Source: Gemmatimonadaceae bacterium
Lineage (GTDB): Bacteria > Gemmatimonadota > Gemmatimonadetes > Gemmatimonadales > Gemmatimonadaceae
Reading direction: 5' to 3'
Assembly (NCBI GenBank): GCA_031372205.1
Contig: JANMKU010000431.1
Span: forward strand, 4,185-68,184
DNA: 64,000 bases
Of the stretch, positions 8,059-17,351 are shown piece after piece. A program made the position numbers and the translations under genes. The notes beneath the pieces were generated by a model. That model made no database searches. It had not been told where the DNA came from and was given only the letters and a program-made list of their open reading frames with translations. How positions within the stretch are numbered: position 1 is the first letter of the stretch; each line of letters starts with the position of its first letter.

Positions 8059-9033
8059 TTAGCGCTGAATGAGTTTCGCTCGTTGACCGTTCTTGAATAT
8101 CTCGACTCGGTCGGTCAAACCGTCGCGATTGGTGTCCGTCCAGACTTGCAGCACGGTGCCCGCCTGATCGAGAAAGATGGCGCGCCAGGGCGTGCCGCCT
8201 CGCCCCTGATCGGGGACACGCACCGTGAACTCGTTCGTGCCAAGCCAGGTCATCACCTCGCTCGATGCACGACCCTGGATGACGTCGAGCACGGCGGTCA
8301 TCCGAGGCAGTGTCTGCGGATACGCCTGCGACGCATACCCCGGCAGATCATCGCAGCGTCCGTCCTGGTCTTTGTCGAGGCACACGGGCGGACCGTAGCG
8401 CGAGTCGTCGCACCATCCGTCGCCGTCGCGATCGAGGCACACCGACGAGCCGGTGCCCGGCGGCCGAACATTGCTGTTGTTCGTGAAGTACCGCGGATCA
8501 TTGATCGGGCCAGTACTGACCGACGTACCGTTGGGGCCGACATACCCACCATATGACCCGAGGGGCCCAGGCTGTGACGGCGGACTTCCCGGATATGACG
8601 AAGCCGGCGCGGACGCCGGCTTGTCACCAAACAATTGCTCATCGGAGATGCGCTTACTCTCCCAGTTGTCTCGCTGCACGCGCGGATCGAGTTGCGGGAT
8701 GTCCGGCGGAATCAGCGGCGGCCCCTTTTTTTCCGGTGGCTTGACGAAGCCCTTAATTGGCGAGCCAGTTGTCTTTGCGGCCTCACCATAGACAACCTTG
8801 CCGTTTGCCGGCTTGTTGCGAACCGCGCTGCCACAATCAGTCGGTGCCGGCTGCTGCGCCGGCGGAACTCCTTCGACCCACACTCGGCACATACCGGAGG
8901 GCGGACGATATTCACGCGGAATGCTATCACTACGCGCCTCTCTCCCAGGCTGGGAACCAGCATACCTGTCCCCACCGGGTATCGGACCCAGTGCGGCGGC
9001 GGAAATGGCGGCGAACAACAGATGATGGAGCAC
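8059..9033 (-). CDS. secreted Pro-rich hypothetical protein with two Cys-bracketed DxDxDG (calcium-binding-like) repeats
   Basis: Signal-like N-terminus 'MLHHLLFAAISAAALG'. Repeats 'VCLDRDGDGWCDD' and 'VCLDKDQDGRCDD'. No family was recognised. Confidence 0.6.
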   Translation of the reverse strand: MLHHLLFAAISAAALGPIPGGDRYAGSQPGREARSDSIPREYRPPSGMCRVWVEGVPPAQQPAPTDCGSAVRNKPANGKVVYGEAAKTTGSPIKGFVKPPEKKGPPLIPPDIPQLDPRVQRDNWESKRISDEQLFGDKPASAPASSYPGSPPSQPGPLGSYGGYVGPNGTSVSTGPINDPRYFTNNSNVRPPGTGSSVCLDRDGDGWCDDSRYGPPVCLDKDQDGRCDDLPGYASQAYPQTLPRMTAVLDVIQGRASSEVMTWLGTNEFTVRVPDQGRGGTPWRAIFLDQAGTVLQVWTDTNRDGLTDRVEIFKNGQRAKLIQR

Positions 9034-9311
9034 GATGGACCTCCTGCGGGACTGCGCGCGCCATCCACCACGGAAGGCAGCCGATGATCCCGTTCACTAT
9101 GAGAGGCACGCTTCGTGCCATTCCGCCGGAATCACACGACTGGCGCGCGTGCCTCCTAAGTATCGGCAGGACATCGCCGTGACGACAGTGCCGAATCCCC
9201 ACGGTCGTTCCGGCCGTGCCCCACCGGGGCCAACCGTCACCGCCTGAAGACGCTTGCCGTCCTCGTGCGGGGACGCGACGCAGCCGATCGCGAGTCGCCT
9301 GCGGTGAGTCG

Positions 9312-10391
9312 TTAGTCGCCGAAGCTGATGCCAATCATACGCGCCGCCTGCACCACATCATGCATCGGGTCCACCTGCTTCGTCTCCCGAAGCACGTCCT
9401 CGATCGGGATGCACACAAGGTGCGGCGACTGCAGTGCCACCATGTGGCCCCACCGTTTGTCGGCAACGGCCTGCACCGCCGCGGCGCCAAATCGCGTCGC
9501 CAGGAGGCGGTCGTAGCCGGTGGGCTGTCCGCCACGCTGCAAGTGACCGAGCACCATGGACCGGGTCTCTTTGCCGGTGCGCTGCTGAATGTCGTAGCCG
9601 AGCCGTTCGGCAATGCCGCCCAACCGCCGATCTTGCCCTGGCAAGGACTCGCCGATAATCGACTCCTGCCCGCCGCGCGGCTTGGCACCTTCTGCCACCA
9701 CGACAATGCTGAATCGGCGGCCCGCCGCATCTCGCGCCATGATCTTTTCGCAGACCTTCTCCAGCTCCCATGCAATCTCGGGAATGAGAATAACGTCCGC
9801 CGTACCAGCGACGCCCGCGTGCAGCGCGATGAAGCCCGCCTCCCGTCCCATCACCTCGAGCACCATAACACGATCGTGCGATTCTGCGGTCGTGTGCAGT
9901 TTGTCGATCGCTTCCAGTGCCGTGTTGACCGCGGTATCGAAGCCGAACGTCGTCACCGTGCCGGGAACGTCGTTGTCGATCGTTTTTGGCACGCTCACGA
10001 TGCGCATGCCCTTGGCGGCAAGCTTCGCGGCAATCTTGAGCGACCCATCGCCCCCAATGGAGATGATCGCCTCAATCCCCAAGTTGCGCGCGTTCTCCAC
10101 CAGTTCATCGGAGCGATCCACTTCAATCCAGCTGCCGTCCGGTTGTTGCACGGGATACGCGAATGGACTGCCGCGATTGGTCGTCCGCAGAATCGTCCCG
10201 CCAGTCCCCGCAATCCCACGCACGGATTCCGCCGTCAGCGGCACGACTTCGTCGTCCCCCATCAAGCCAGCGTAGCCACGCTTGATACCAAGCACATCCC
10301 ATCCACGCGTACGCGCAGACAAGACGGCGGCGCGAATAACGGCGTTGAGGCCGGGAGCGTCCCCGCCGCCGGTCGAAAGGGCAATACGCAT
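9312..10391 (-). CDS. pfkA: 6-phosphofructokinase (ATP- or PPi-dependent)
   Basis: 'GGGDAPGLNAVIR', 'IGGDGS', 'PKTIDNDV' and 'MGREAGFIAL' are PFK family motifs. Confidence 0.92.
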   Translation of the reverse strand: MRIALSTGGGDAPGLNAVIRAAVLSARTRGWDVLGIKRGYAGLMGDDEVVPLTAESVRGIAGTGGTILRTTNRGSPFAYPVQQPDGSWIEVDRSDELVENARNLGIEAIISIGGDGSLKIAAKLAAKGMRIVSVPKTIDNDVPGTVTTFGFDTAVNTALEAIDKLHTTAESHDRVMVLEVMGREAGFIALHAGVAGTADVILIPEIAWELEKVCEKIMARDAAGRRFSIVVVAEGAKPRGGQESIIGESLPGQDRRLGGIAERLGYDIQQRTGKETRSMVLGHLQRGGQPTGYDRLLATRFGAAAVQAVADKRWGHMVALQSPHLVCIPIEDVLRETKQVDPMHDVVQAARMIGISFGD

Positions 10392-10417
10392 ACGTGATGA
10401 ATCGGGACGTGGAATGA

Positions 10418-10711
10418 TCAGGGAACCGCTCTTCCCTGAGGACGCATGGGCACGCCCGAGGTGACGGCAAGTTGTCGCAACACGCTGTCCTGATAGGCGA
10501 CGGCGCCGCCGAGTGAATCGATCTGTGCCTGCAGTTGCGCGTTTTCTTCGCGCAATTGCGAAATCACAGTGCTAAGGTCGTTGAGCGCTTCGCCGGTGGC
10601 CATGTTCGCCGATGCTGACGGTAAGCGAGAACACGCCGCAGGCGCGACAACGAGCAACACCAGCAGCAGGGTGGTGAGCACCCGACAGGGCGCTGTTCGG
10701 CGATACCGCAT
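10418..10711 (-). CDS. small coiled-coil lipoprotein (hypothetical)
   Basis: Internal ATG at 10711 with GGAG 6 nt upstream. 'MRYRRTAPCRVLTTLLLVLLVVAPAAC' looks like a lipoprotein signal, followed by 'ISQLREENAQLQAQIDSL'. Confidence 0.5.
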   Translation of the reverse strand: MRYRRTAPCRVLTTLLLVLLVVAPAACSRLPSASANMATGEALNDLSTVISQLREENAQLQAQIDSLGGAVAYQDSVLRQLAVTSGVPMRPQGRAVP

Positions 10712-10852
10712 CGGCACTCCGGAACGACGTGAAAACGGCGCGTGACTGAGAACGATATGAGCGGCGTAGATATGCTGTCGCGCGCATACGAACGATGACG
10801 CCTCGGGATCGACGTGGTGTGATCTAACGGCACACACCTCCTGGGGGAACTC

Positions 10853-11272
10853 ATGCGTCGCGGCAGCACGCTCGTCGAACAGCTGTTCGTCATCACGCTA
10901 CTGGGCCTTCTCAAGGCCATCACGGCCGCCGCCGGGATGCACCTCGTCGATGCGATTGCGGTGCACGCCGCTTCACGCGACGTCGCCGACCTCTTCGCGC
11001 TCGCACGGGATAACGCGATCTCGTCAGGCCAGCGTACGGCGGTGCAACTCGACGCGGGGCGTGGCCGCGTTACCGTCCATGCCAACACCGATACGCTCAC
11101 CCAACTGGACCTCGCCGAGCGAAGTGCCGTGCGCTTGAGCACCTCTCGCGACTCCATGGCCTATGCCTCGTCCGGACTCGGCTACGGGGCCGCCAACTTG
11201 CGCCTGATCGTCTCGCGAGGGAGCGCCGAAGACACGGTCACCGTCTCTCGCCTCGGACGGGTACGACGATGA
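10853..11272 (+). CDS. GspH/FimT-like pseudopilin (type IV pilin-like N-terminus)
   Basis: 'MRRG|STLVEQLFVITLLGLL' fits the prepilin class III signal (Gly at -1, Glu at +5, hydrophobic helix). The beta-rich C-terminal part resembles GspH. Confidence 0.6.
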   Translation: MRRGSTLVEQLFVITLLGLLKAITAAAGMHLVDAIAVHAASRDVADLFALARDNAISSGQRTAVQLDAGRGRVTVHANTDTLTQLDLAERSAVRLSTSRDSMAYASSGLGYGAANLRLIVSRGSAEDTVTVSRLGRVRR

Positions 11273-11304
11273 CGCGAATTGCCCAACGCCTTCCGGTGCG
11301 ACGG

Positions 11305-12495
11305 CTAGACCACGGACGGGATCGCGGCGGCCGTCGTGCCAAAATCAAAACCGGGCACCGAGACGCGCGGGATCTCCTGCCCGATCGTTCGCTCGATTGT
11401 CCGCACCATGCCGATGTCTTCAGCGGACATAAACGTGTACGCGTCACCAGTCGACGCCGCGCGTCCGGTGCGACCAATACGATGCACATAGTCTTCCGGC
11501 TGCTGCGGCACGTCGTAGTTGATCACGTGCGTAATGCCGGAAATGTCCAAGCCCCGTTGTGCGATGTCGGTTGCTACCAGCACGCGAAGCTTGCCGGACT
11601 TGAAGTCCTCCAGCGCCTTCATGCGCTGTTGCTGCGATTTGTCAGCATGCATGGCGCCGGCGTCGATCCCCGCCTGCTCCAAATCGCGCACCACGCGATC
11701 CGCTCCCGACTTCGTGCGCGTGAACACGAGCACCGAGTCGTGATCCGCGGCAGACAGCAGATGCACCAGCAATTCGTTCTTGCGTTGTCTGGGCACCGGG
11801 TAGACCGCGTGCGTGACCGTCGTCGCCGCCGAGGATCGCCGACCTACTTGGACTACCACCGGTTTGCGCAAGTATTTCCGGCTCAACGCCTCGACTTCGG
11901 GAGGCATTGTGGCGCTGAACAACATCGTCTGTCGGTATCGCGGAATCTGGTCGACAATCCGATTCAACTGCGGCGCGAAGCCCATGTCCAGCATGCGATC
12001 GGCTTCGTCCAACACCAGCGTTTCGAGAAACGAGAAGTCGACGTTCCGCTTCTCGAGATGGTCGAGCAATCGCCCCGGTGTCGCGACCACGGCATCCACG
12101 CCACTGCGCAACGCCTTCTCCTGCGGTTCATAGCCCACGCCACCAAACACGGGGATCACATCAATCGGCGCGTACTTCGAATACTTGCGAAAACTCTCCT
12201 CCACCTGCAGGCACAGTTCCCGCGTCGGTGTCAGAATCAATACGCGCGTGCGGCGCGGCCCGCCAAGCAATCGGTGCACGATCGGTAGCGTAAAGCTGGC
12301 CGTCTTGCCCGTGCCGGTTTGCGCCAAACCGATCAAGTCGCGTCCCTTGAGCGCGATGGGGATGGCATCCCGCTGAATGGGCGTGGGTCGGTCGTAGCCC
12401 GCGTCGTGCAGCGCGTCGAGTAGAGGCTGGGCCAAGCCCAGATCGGCAAACGTGCTTTCGTCGCCGGTGGCGTTGTCGTTCGCAGGTGCAGTCAT
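11305..12495 (-). CDS. rhlE: DEAD-box ATP-dependent RNA helicase (RhlE-like)
   Basis: Q-motif 'FADLGL...PTPIQ', 'AQTGTGKT', 'DEAD', 'SAT' and 'HRIGRTGRA'. Confidence 0.92.
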   Translation of the reverse strand: MTAPANDNATGDESTFADLGLAQPLLDALHDAGYDRPTPIQRDAIPIALKGRDLIGLAQTGTGKTASFTLPIVHRLLGGPRRTRVLILTPTRELCLQVEESFRKYSKYAPIDVIPVFGGVGYEPQEKALRSGVDAVVATPGRLLDHLEKRNVDFSFLETLVLDEADRMLDMGFAPQLNRIVDQIPRYRQTMLFSATMPPEVEALSRKYLRKPVVVQVGRRSSAATTVTHAVYPVPRQRKNELLVHLLSAADHDSVLVFTRTKSGADRVVRDLEQAGIDAGAMHADKSQQQRMKALEDFKSGKLRVLVATDIAQRGLDISGITHVINYDVPQQPEDYVHRIGRTGRAASTGDAYTFMSAEDIGMVRTIERTIGQEIPRVSVPGFDFGTTAAAIPSVV

Positions 12496-12537
12496 GAGAT
12501 GCGATCAAGCTAACCGCCCAACCCGACAAACGCGCGA

Positions 12538-13692
12538 TTACACCAGCTCCAATACCCGACCGGAGAGGCGGGCGATCAATCCGAGCCGGAAGGTCACATC
12601 GATTGACCCCGGATCTCCTTTGCCATCACGCTCGCTCAACGGCATCACCGGCCACGACCAGGCGGGCACCTGTTCCGGCATCACGACGGAGCGCGGCGCA
12701 TGCCAGATACCCTTGCGGTCGCGGTCATCAAGCAAACGCTCGAACAAGCGCGACCACCCTTCGTGCTTTCGCAAGAACCCGAGGCGCGCCATGATCTCGA
12801 GCCAGGCCAGCGACGACGGCATATCGGCATCCATCACGTTGCGCGTCGGCATGAAATCACCGAGCACGAGATGTGGCTGCTCGATGAGATGCGGTCCGAC
12901 CTGCTGGATGGCCTGTTGTCGCGGCCACGGTTGCGCGAGGTACAGCTGCAGCGCATCCATCACCTGATGATGCTCGCTCCGAAACTGCGGCATGTGCGCC
13001 AGCATCAACAGCAGGTGGAACGATGGTGCTGCCACGTCGGCAGTCAGCACGTGCTGGTTCCCAAGGCGGATCCACGGTTTCTGCGCGAGCGGAGACCGCA
13101 GGTATGCACCGACGCGGTCCGTCAGCCGTCGGGCCGCCCCGCGCAAACGAGGGTCACTCTCGTAGCCGGCTTGCGCCAAGGCCGCTGCCGCCGCTTCACG
13201 CAGCATGTGGCGCCCACGTTTCACCAGCACATCGTCCGTCGCCGACTGCGCCATCTCTGCCAAGAATGTTGCGTCGTCATCCTCCGCCAGGAGCCTGAAC
13301 AGCAACCGCTTGGTGGCCGTCAATGCGGGAGATTCCGGATCCCACCCCAGCTCGAGCAGCCGACGATAGGCCACGATCGTGCCAACACCGATCAGTTCGC
13401 CCGCCTTGGGGACGCTCAGCATGCCACCTGGCCACGTGCCGTCCAGATCCTGCATCATCATCAGCTTCAAGCCATTGGACGACCCATAGGGGACGCTGCC
13501 GAGGTGCCGATCGTCGCTGCGGAACCTGGCAACGTCAATCAGCGCACGGTATTGCACCGCCGGCGAGCCGTTCGCCAGGAGCCATGCAATCGGAAATGAT
13601 GTTGACGCTGGTGGTTGCAGCGTTGACATCGCCGTCGGCACGGTTAGCGAGCTGGACAGTGGATTCAAGGAAGGCGATTGAGGAAGGGTCAC
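12538..13692 (-). CDS. hypothetical protein (384 aa, no family recognised)
   Basis: Long ORF with protein-like composition and no better competing ORF. No motif I can name. Confidence 0.55.
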   Translation of the reverse strand: MTLPQSPSLNPLSSSLTVPTAMSTLQPPASTSFPIAWLLANGSPAVQYRALIDVARFRSDDRHLGSVPYGSSNGLKLMMMQDLDGTWPGGMLSVPKAGELIGVGTIVAYRRLLELGWDPESPALTATKRLLFRLLAEDDDATFLAEMAQSATDDVLVKRGRHMLREAAAAALAQAGYESDPRLRGAARRLTDRVGAYLRSPLAQKPWIRLGNQHVLTADVAAPSFHLLLMLAHMPQFRSEHHQVMDALQLYLAQPWPRQQAIQQVGPHLIEQPHLVLGDFMPTRNVMDADMPSSLAWLEIMARLGFLRKHEGWSRLFERLLDDRDRKGIWHAPRSVVMPEQVPAWSWPVMPLSERDGKGDPGSIDVTFRLGLIARLSGRVLELV

Positions 13693-13882
13693 GAAACGCT
13701 ATTTTACTCCCGTGGACACATTTCGCTAGTGGCACGGCGTCCCCATCGTCGCTTGTCCCCCTGTCGGCGTCGATCGAGATTGCTACGGTGGACATTGGCA
13801 AAAGCGTTCAGGGCATTCGTCGCCTCACCTGCCCCCGTGATGACAAGGCGGCACCCGCGACACTCCATCAATCTACGCGCTG

Positions 13883-14737
13883 ATGCGTGGTGAGTTCGTC
13901 GACCTTGAGGGCTTACGCCTGTACTGCTACGCGTTTGGTTCGCGCGGTATCGGCAACCCGATCGTCCTTGTGCACGGGGCGTTCACCTCCTCGCACCTCT
14001 GGCAAGACCTGCTGCCGCGACTTCCCAAGGGACATCGCGTGCTCGTGCTCGACCTGCTTGGCCATGGACGCAGCGACCCACCGGGTGATGCACCGATGAC
14101 GGTCTCGGCGCATGCGTTGCGCGTTGCCGCGCTACTGACCGTGATGGGAGTGCCGACGGCCGCGTTGGTCGGTCATGGGATGGGTGCCGCGGTCAGCGCA
14201 CTTGTCGCCGCCAGACATCCGGAGCGCGTGTCGCATCTCGCGCTCGTGAACCCGAAACGGCTCGCCCGCGACCGGGCCGACATGCGTTTGCCAGGGCGCA
14301 TTGCGCGGCTTGCTGCCCTGGTCCCGCTCTGGCGCCGCCTGTCGCCCCAATGGCTCGCCTCCGCGCTCCACTCGGCCCTCCTTCCGTCGTACTCGCAACG
14401 CGACATGGGCGCGCGATCGCTCGACGTGTACCTGCAAAGTTTTCGGTCGCGCGATGGACGCGACGCGGCGTGCGCCCAGCTGCGCGCCCTCGCTTCGCCA
14501 AGCGACGATTCGGCCATCGCGCTGCGCCGCGCCGCCATCCAGTGCCCAACGGTCCTGGCGACCGGCAGCGGAGACCCGTTTCTCGCCGAATCGCGGGCGG
14601 CACGGCTGCGGATTCAGCTCGCAGAAGCGAGCAGCGGCACCAGCGTGACCCTCTGCATCCCTGGCGTCGCCCACGTCGCACCTGAAGAAGCGCCGGACCG
14701 ACTGGGCACCGTGATCGCCGAACTCCTCACCCGATGA
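13883..14737 (+). CDS. alpha/beta-hydrolase fold protein lacking the nucleophile serine
   Basis: 'IVLVHGAFTSSHLW...VLVLDLLGHGRSD' is the typical fold entry. The nucleophile elbow reads 'GHGMGA' (GGG codon at 14177..14179) instead of G-x-S-x-G. Confidence 0.8.
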   Translation: MRGEFVDLEGLRLYCYAFGSRGIGNPIVLVHGAFTSSHLWQDLLPRLPKGHRVLVLDLLGHGRSDPPGDAPMTVSAHALRVAALLTVMGVPTAALVGHGMGAAVSALVAARHPERVSHLALVNPKRLARDRADMRLPGRIARLAALVPLWRRLSPQWLASALHSALLPSYSQRDMGARSLDVYLQSFRSRDGRDAACAQLRALASPSDDSAIALRRAAIQCPTVLATGSGDPFLAESRAARLRIQLAEASSGTSVTLCIPGVAHVAPEEAPDRLGTVIAELLTR

Positions 14738-14743
14738 CGGACA

Positions 14744-15070
14744 TTGCCCGACATGACTGATCGCCTCGCCACCATGCGCGAACTCGCCGCCAAGCAGCCG
14801 GACAACCCACTCGCCCGCTTTGGGCTGGCTAACGAATTGTTGAAGGCGAAGCTATACGAGGAAGCCGAGGTGGAGCTCGCCGCGTACCTCGCGCGTCACG
14901 ACGACGAGGGGAACGGCTGGCTGCGGTATGCTGATGTGTTGCGCACGCTCGAACGGACGGCCGACGCATCCGTTGCGATCACGCGAGGCATTGCGGCGGC
15001 GCGGCGCTTTCAACACGCCACATTGATCAATGAGCTGGAAGCGCTGGCGGACGAGATCGCCGACCAGTAG
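14744..15070 (+). CDS. small TPR-like helical protein
   Basis: 108-aa helical ORF starting 6 nt after the hydrolase stop. 'PLARFGLANELLKAKLYEEAEVELAAYL' is TPR-like. Confidence 0.55.
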   Translation: MPDMTDRLATMRELAAKQPDNPLARFGLANELLKAKLYEEAEVELAAYLARHDDEGNGWLRYADVLRTLERTADASVAITRGIAAARRFQHATLINELEALADEIADQ

Positions 15071-15074
15071 CGGC

Positions 15075-17336
15075 TCAAAGCCGCCGCACTTCGTCGGCGG
15101 CCTGCAGCGCGTGCCCAATGTCCCTGGAGAGCGCGCGCGCCTCTTGCGTGGCGCTCGTGACGTCGTTGATCACCGCACCAATGCCCAGCGTATGCAATTT
15201 CACCATGTCGAAGCGCAGCGTGCGCAATGCCATGGACGCGTTCTCGAGTTGTCGTTCCATGGTTTCACGTCGCGAGACGAGTTCCTGCATGGACGCGCGC
15301 TGACGCGTGAGCAATGACAACCGTCGCTCGCGATCCGGTGCATGCTCCGGCTCCGCCTCGGTTGCCGCAATCCGCGCGTCGAGTTGCGACTCCATGCCAG
15401 ACGGCATGTCACGCTCAAGTCGTTCAAGTCCGGTGGCCAAGGCGCCCACCCGTTCCAGTAGCGCGTCGGCCGTCGGTTCGACGTCAGGCACGAGCGAGCG
15501 ATCAGCATCCGTGAGGTGCGACGACGAGTCCTTGATTGCCAGACGATCTTCGACTGCGGAGCGCACGGTGACACCGTACCGCGAGGACAGCACGGCAGTG
15601 CCGGCAACACGATCCGTCGCTTCGCGTAGGAGCAATTCGCGTGGACGATGATCGGGCACTCCGCCAAGGGGGCGCCAGTGTTCATCAAGCATTGAGCCGA
15701 TCGGCACGCCGAGCCGACGCAGTCGCACGCCCGAGATGATGGAGAGCTGCAGACTGACCATGGTGCCGATGAGCGACGCGACAAACGGCACGACCATCGG
15801 GTTGAGGTTGAGACTGCCGCCGATGACGAAGCTGCCCACTGCAGCCAGCGCGAAACCCGCGGTCATCTTGAGCCGCTTCTTGTACAACCGCACCCCGCTC
15901 TTGATCCGCTCGCCGAACGGGAGCGGATCGATGGCCTGGGCTGGCGGGTACAGGTGCGAATCCGGGCCGAAAATCTGTCCCCAGCTGGCGCCTTGTTCGC
16001 GCAGACGAGCGAAGCGCGAAATAACCCCCATCCCTATACCGAAGGCGGGGAACATGACCCACGGGAAGCCACCTGTTCTCGCGTTGAGGACGAAAAGAAA
16101 GGCCACCAACGCACCACTGGACAACAGTCGGTATCGAAAGCGCACAATCTGGCGGGCCAGCGGCATCGCCGACAGAACGTCGCGGTCGCCGAAAGGTGTG
16201 GGCGCAGATGCCGCTAACCGCGGTGGCTCCTGCACCGAGGGCAATCGCGGCGACCAATCCTGGTGGCGATGCCCGTACTTGTCCGCTTGCTCGCGCGCGT
16301 CACGAGAGGGCTGATCCAGTCTGCGTGGTGTCGTTGGCGAGACCGGCACTACGGACGCGTGGTATGCTCGTCCGACCTGCTGCAGAGAGCCATCACGTCG
16401 CGCACGACGCAGTGCATCACGCAGCGTGAGGGCATTCTCCCAGCGATCGGCAGGACGTTTGGCGAGGCACTTCTCGAGCAACTCCACCAACACCGGGGGC
16501 GCGTCTGGTCGCACGCTCCGAATGGGCGGTGGCGTCTCGCTCACGTGCTTGACCAGCATTGCCGGTGTCGTCGCGGCTTCGAATGGCAGTCGGCCAGCCA
16601 AGAGAAGGTAGCCCACCACGCCGAGCGAATAGACGTCACTGCGTCCGTCCACTTCGCGCTCGCCGGTTGCCTGTTCGGGGCTCATGAATGCCGGCGTACC
16701 AACGGCGATGCCCGCTTGTGTCAGCCGCGCCCCGGACTCGGCGACGCGGGCGATCCCAAAGTCTGTCACCATCGCCCGACCGGACTCACGGTCAAGCAGA
16801 ATGTTGTCCGGTTTGATATCGCGATGCACAATGCCGTTGGCGTGCGCGTAGGCGAGGGCGTCTGCGACCTGTTCGAGCACCTCGGCCACGAATTCGAACG
16901 ACGCGCGTGGCTCGCGGGCGATGCGCGCAGCGAGGCTCTCCCCATGCACGAGCGACATGGCGAAGCACACCAGTCCCGCCTGTTCATGCACCGCGTAGAT
17001 CGGAACGATATGCGGATGATTGAGGCGTGCTGCCGTCTGCGCCTCCCGCACAAAGCGCTCACGAATCTCGGAGCGGAACGCCATGTCCGGCGGCAGGACT
17101 TTGAGTGCGACCGCGCGTTGCAGGCGCACGTCAGACGCGGCATACACCACGGCCATGCCGCCGCGACCAATCTCCGATTCCACAAGGTACTGCTCACCAA
17201 ACGCCGCAATCACCCGATCACGCAGCATGGTGGCATCCGCCGCATCGTTGGCGCGTCGTTTATCAACCGCGCGTCGATCGGCGTCGTCGGGTGCGGGCGT
17301 ATCGCCGAAGACACGGCCCGCTTTCACGGATGGCAC
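15075..17336 (-). CDS. membrane Ser/Thr protein kinase with C-terminal coiled-coil domain (paralogue 2)
   Basis: 'GRGGMAVVYAA', 'HRDIKPDNILLD', 'VTDFGIAR' and 'GTPAFMSPEQ'. These are followed by a Pro-rich linker, hydrophobic segments and a long coiled coil. Confidence 0.9.
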   Translation of the reverse strand: MPSVKAGRVFGDTPAPDDADRRAVDKRRANDAADATMLRDRVIAAFGEQYLVESEIGRGGMAVVYAASDVRLQRAVALKVLPPDMAFRSEIRERFVREAQTAARLNHPHIVPIYAVHEQAGLVCFAMSLVHGESLAARIAREPRASFEFVAEVLEQVADALAYAHANGIVHRDIKPDNILLDRESGRAMVTDFGIARVAESGARLTQAGIAVGTPAFMSPEQATGEREVDGRSDVYSLGVVGYLLLAGRLPFEAATTPAMLVKHVSETPPPIRSVRPDAPPVLVELLEKCLAKRPADRWENALTLRDALRRARRDGSLQQVGRAYHASVVPVSPTTPRRLDQPSRDAREQADKYGHRHQDWSPRLPSVQEPPRLAASAPTPFGDRDVLSAMPLARQIVRFRYRLLSSGALVAFLFVLNARTGGFPWVMFPAFGIGMGVISRFARLREQGASWGQIFGPDSHLYPPAQAIDPLPFGERIKSGVRLYKKRLKMTAGFALAAVGSFVIGGSLNLNPMVVPFVASLIGTMVSLQLSIISGVRLRRLGVPIGSMLDEHWRPLGGVPDHRPRELLLREATDRVAGTAVLSSRYGVTVRSAVEDRLAIKDSSSHLTDADRSLVPDVEPTADALLERVGALATGLERLERDMPSGMESQLDARIAATEAEPEHAPDRERRLSLLTRQRASMQELVSRRETMERQLENASMALRTLRFDMVKLHTLGIGAVINDVTSATQEARALSRDIGHALQAADEVRRL

Positions 17337-17351
17337 CGTTCGCGCGGTTGT

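Noticed and set aside
9216-10397. 393-aa plus-strand ORF
   Set aside because: It is antisense to the unambiguous phosphofructokinase gene.
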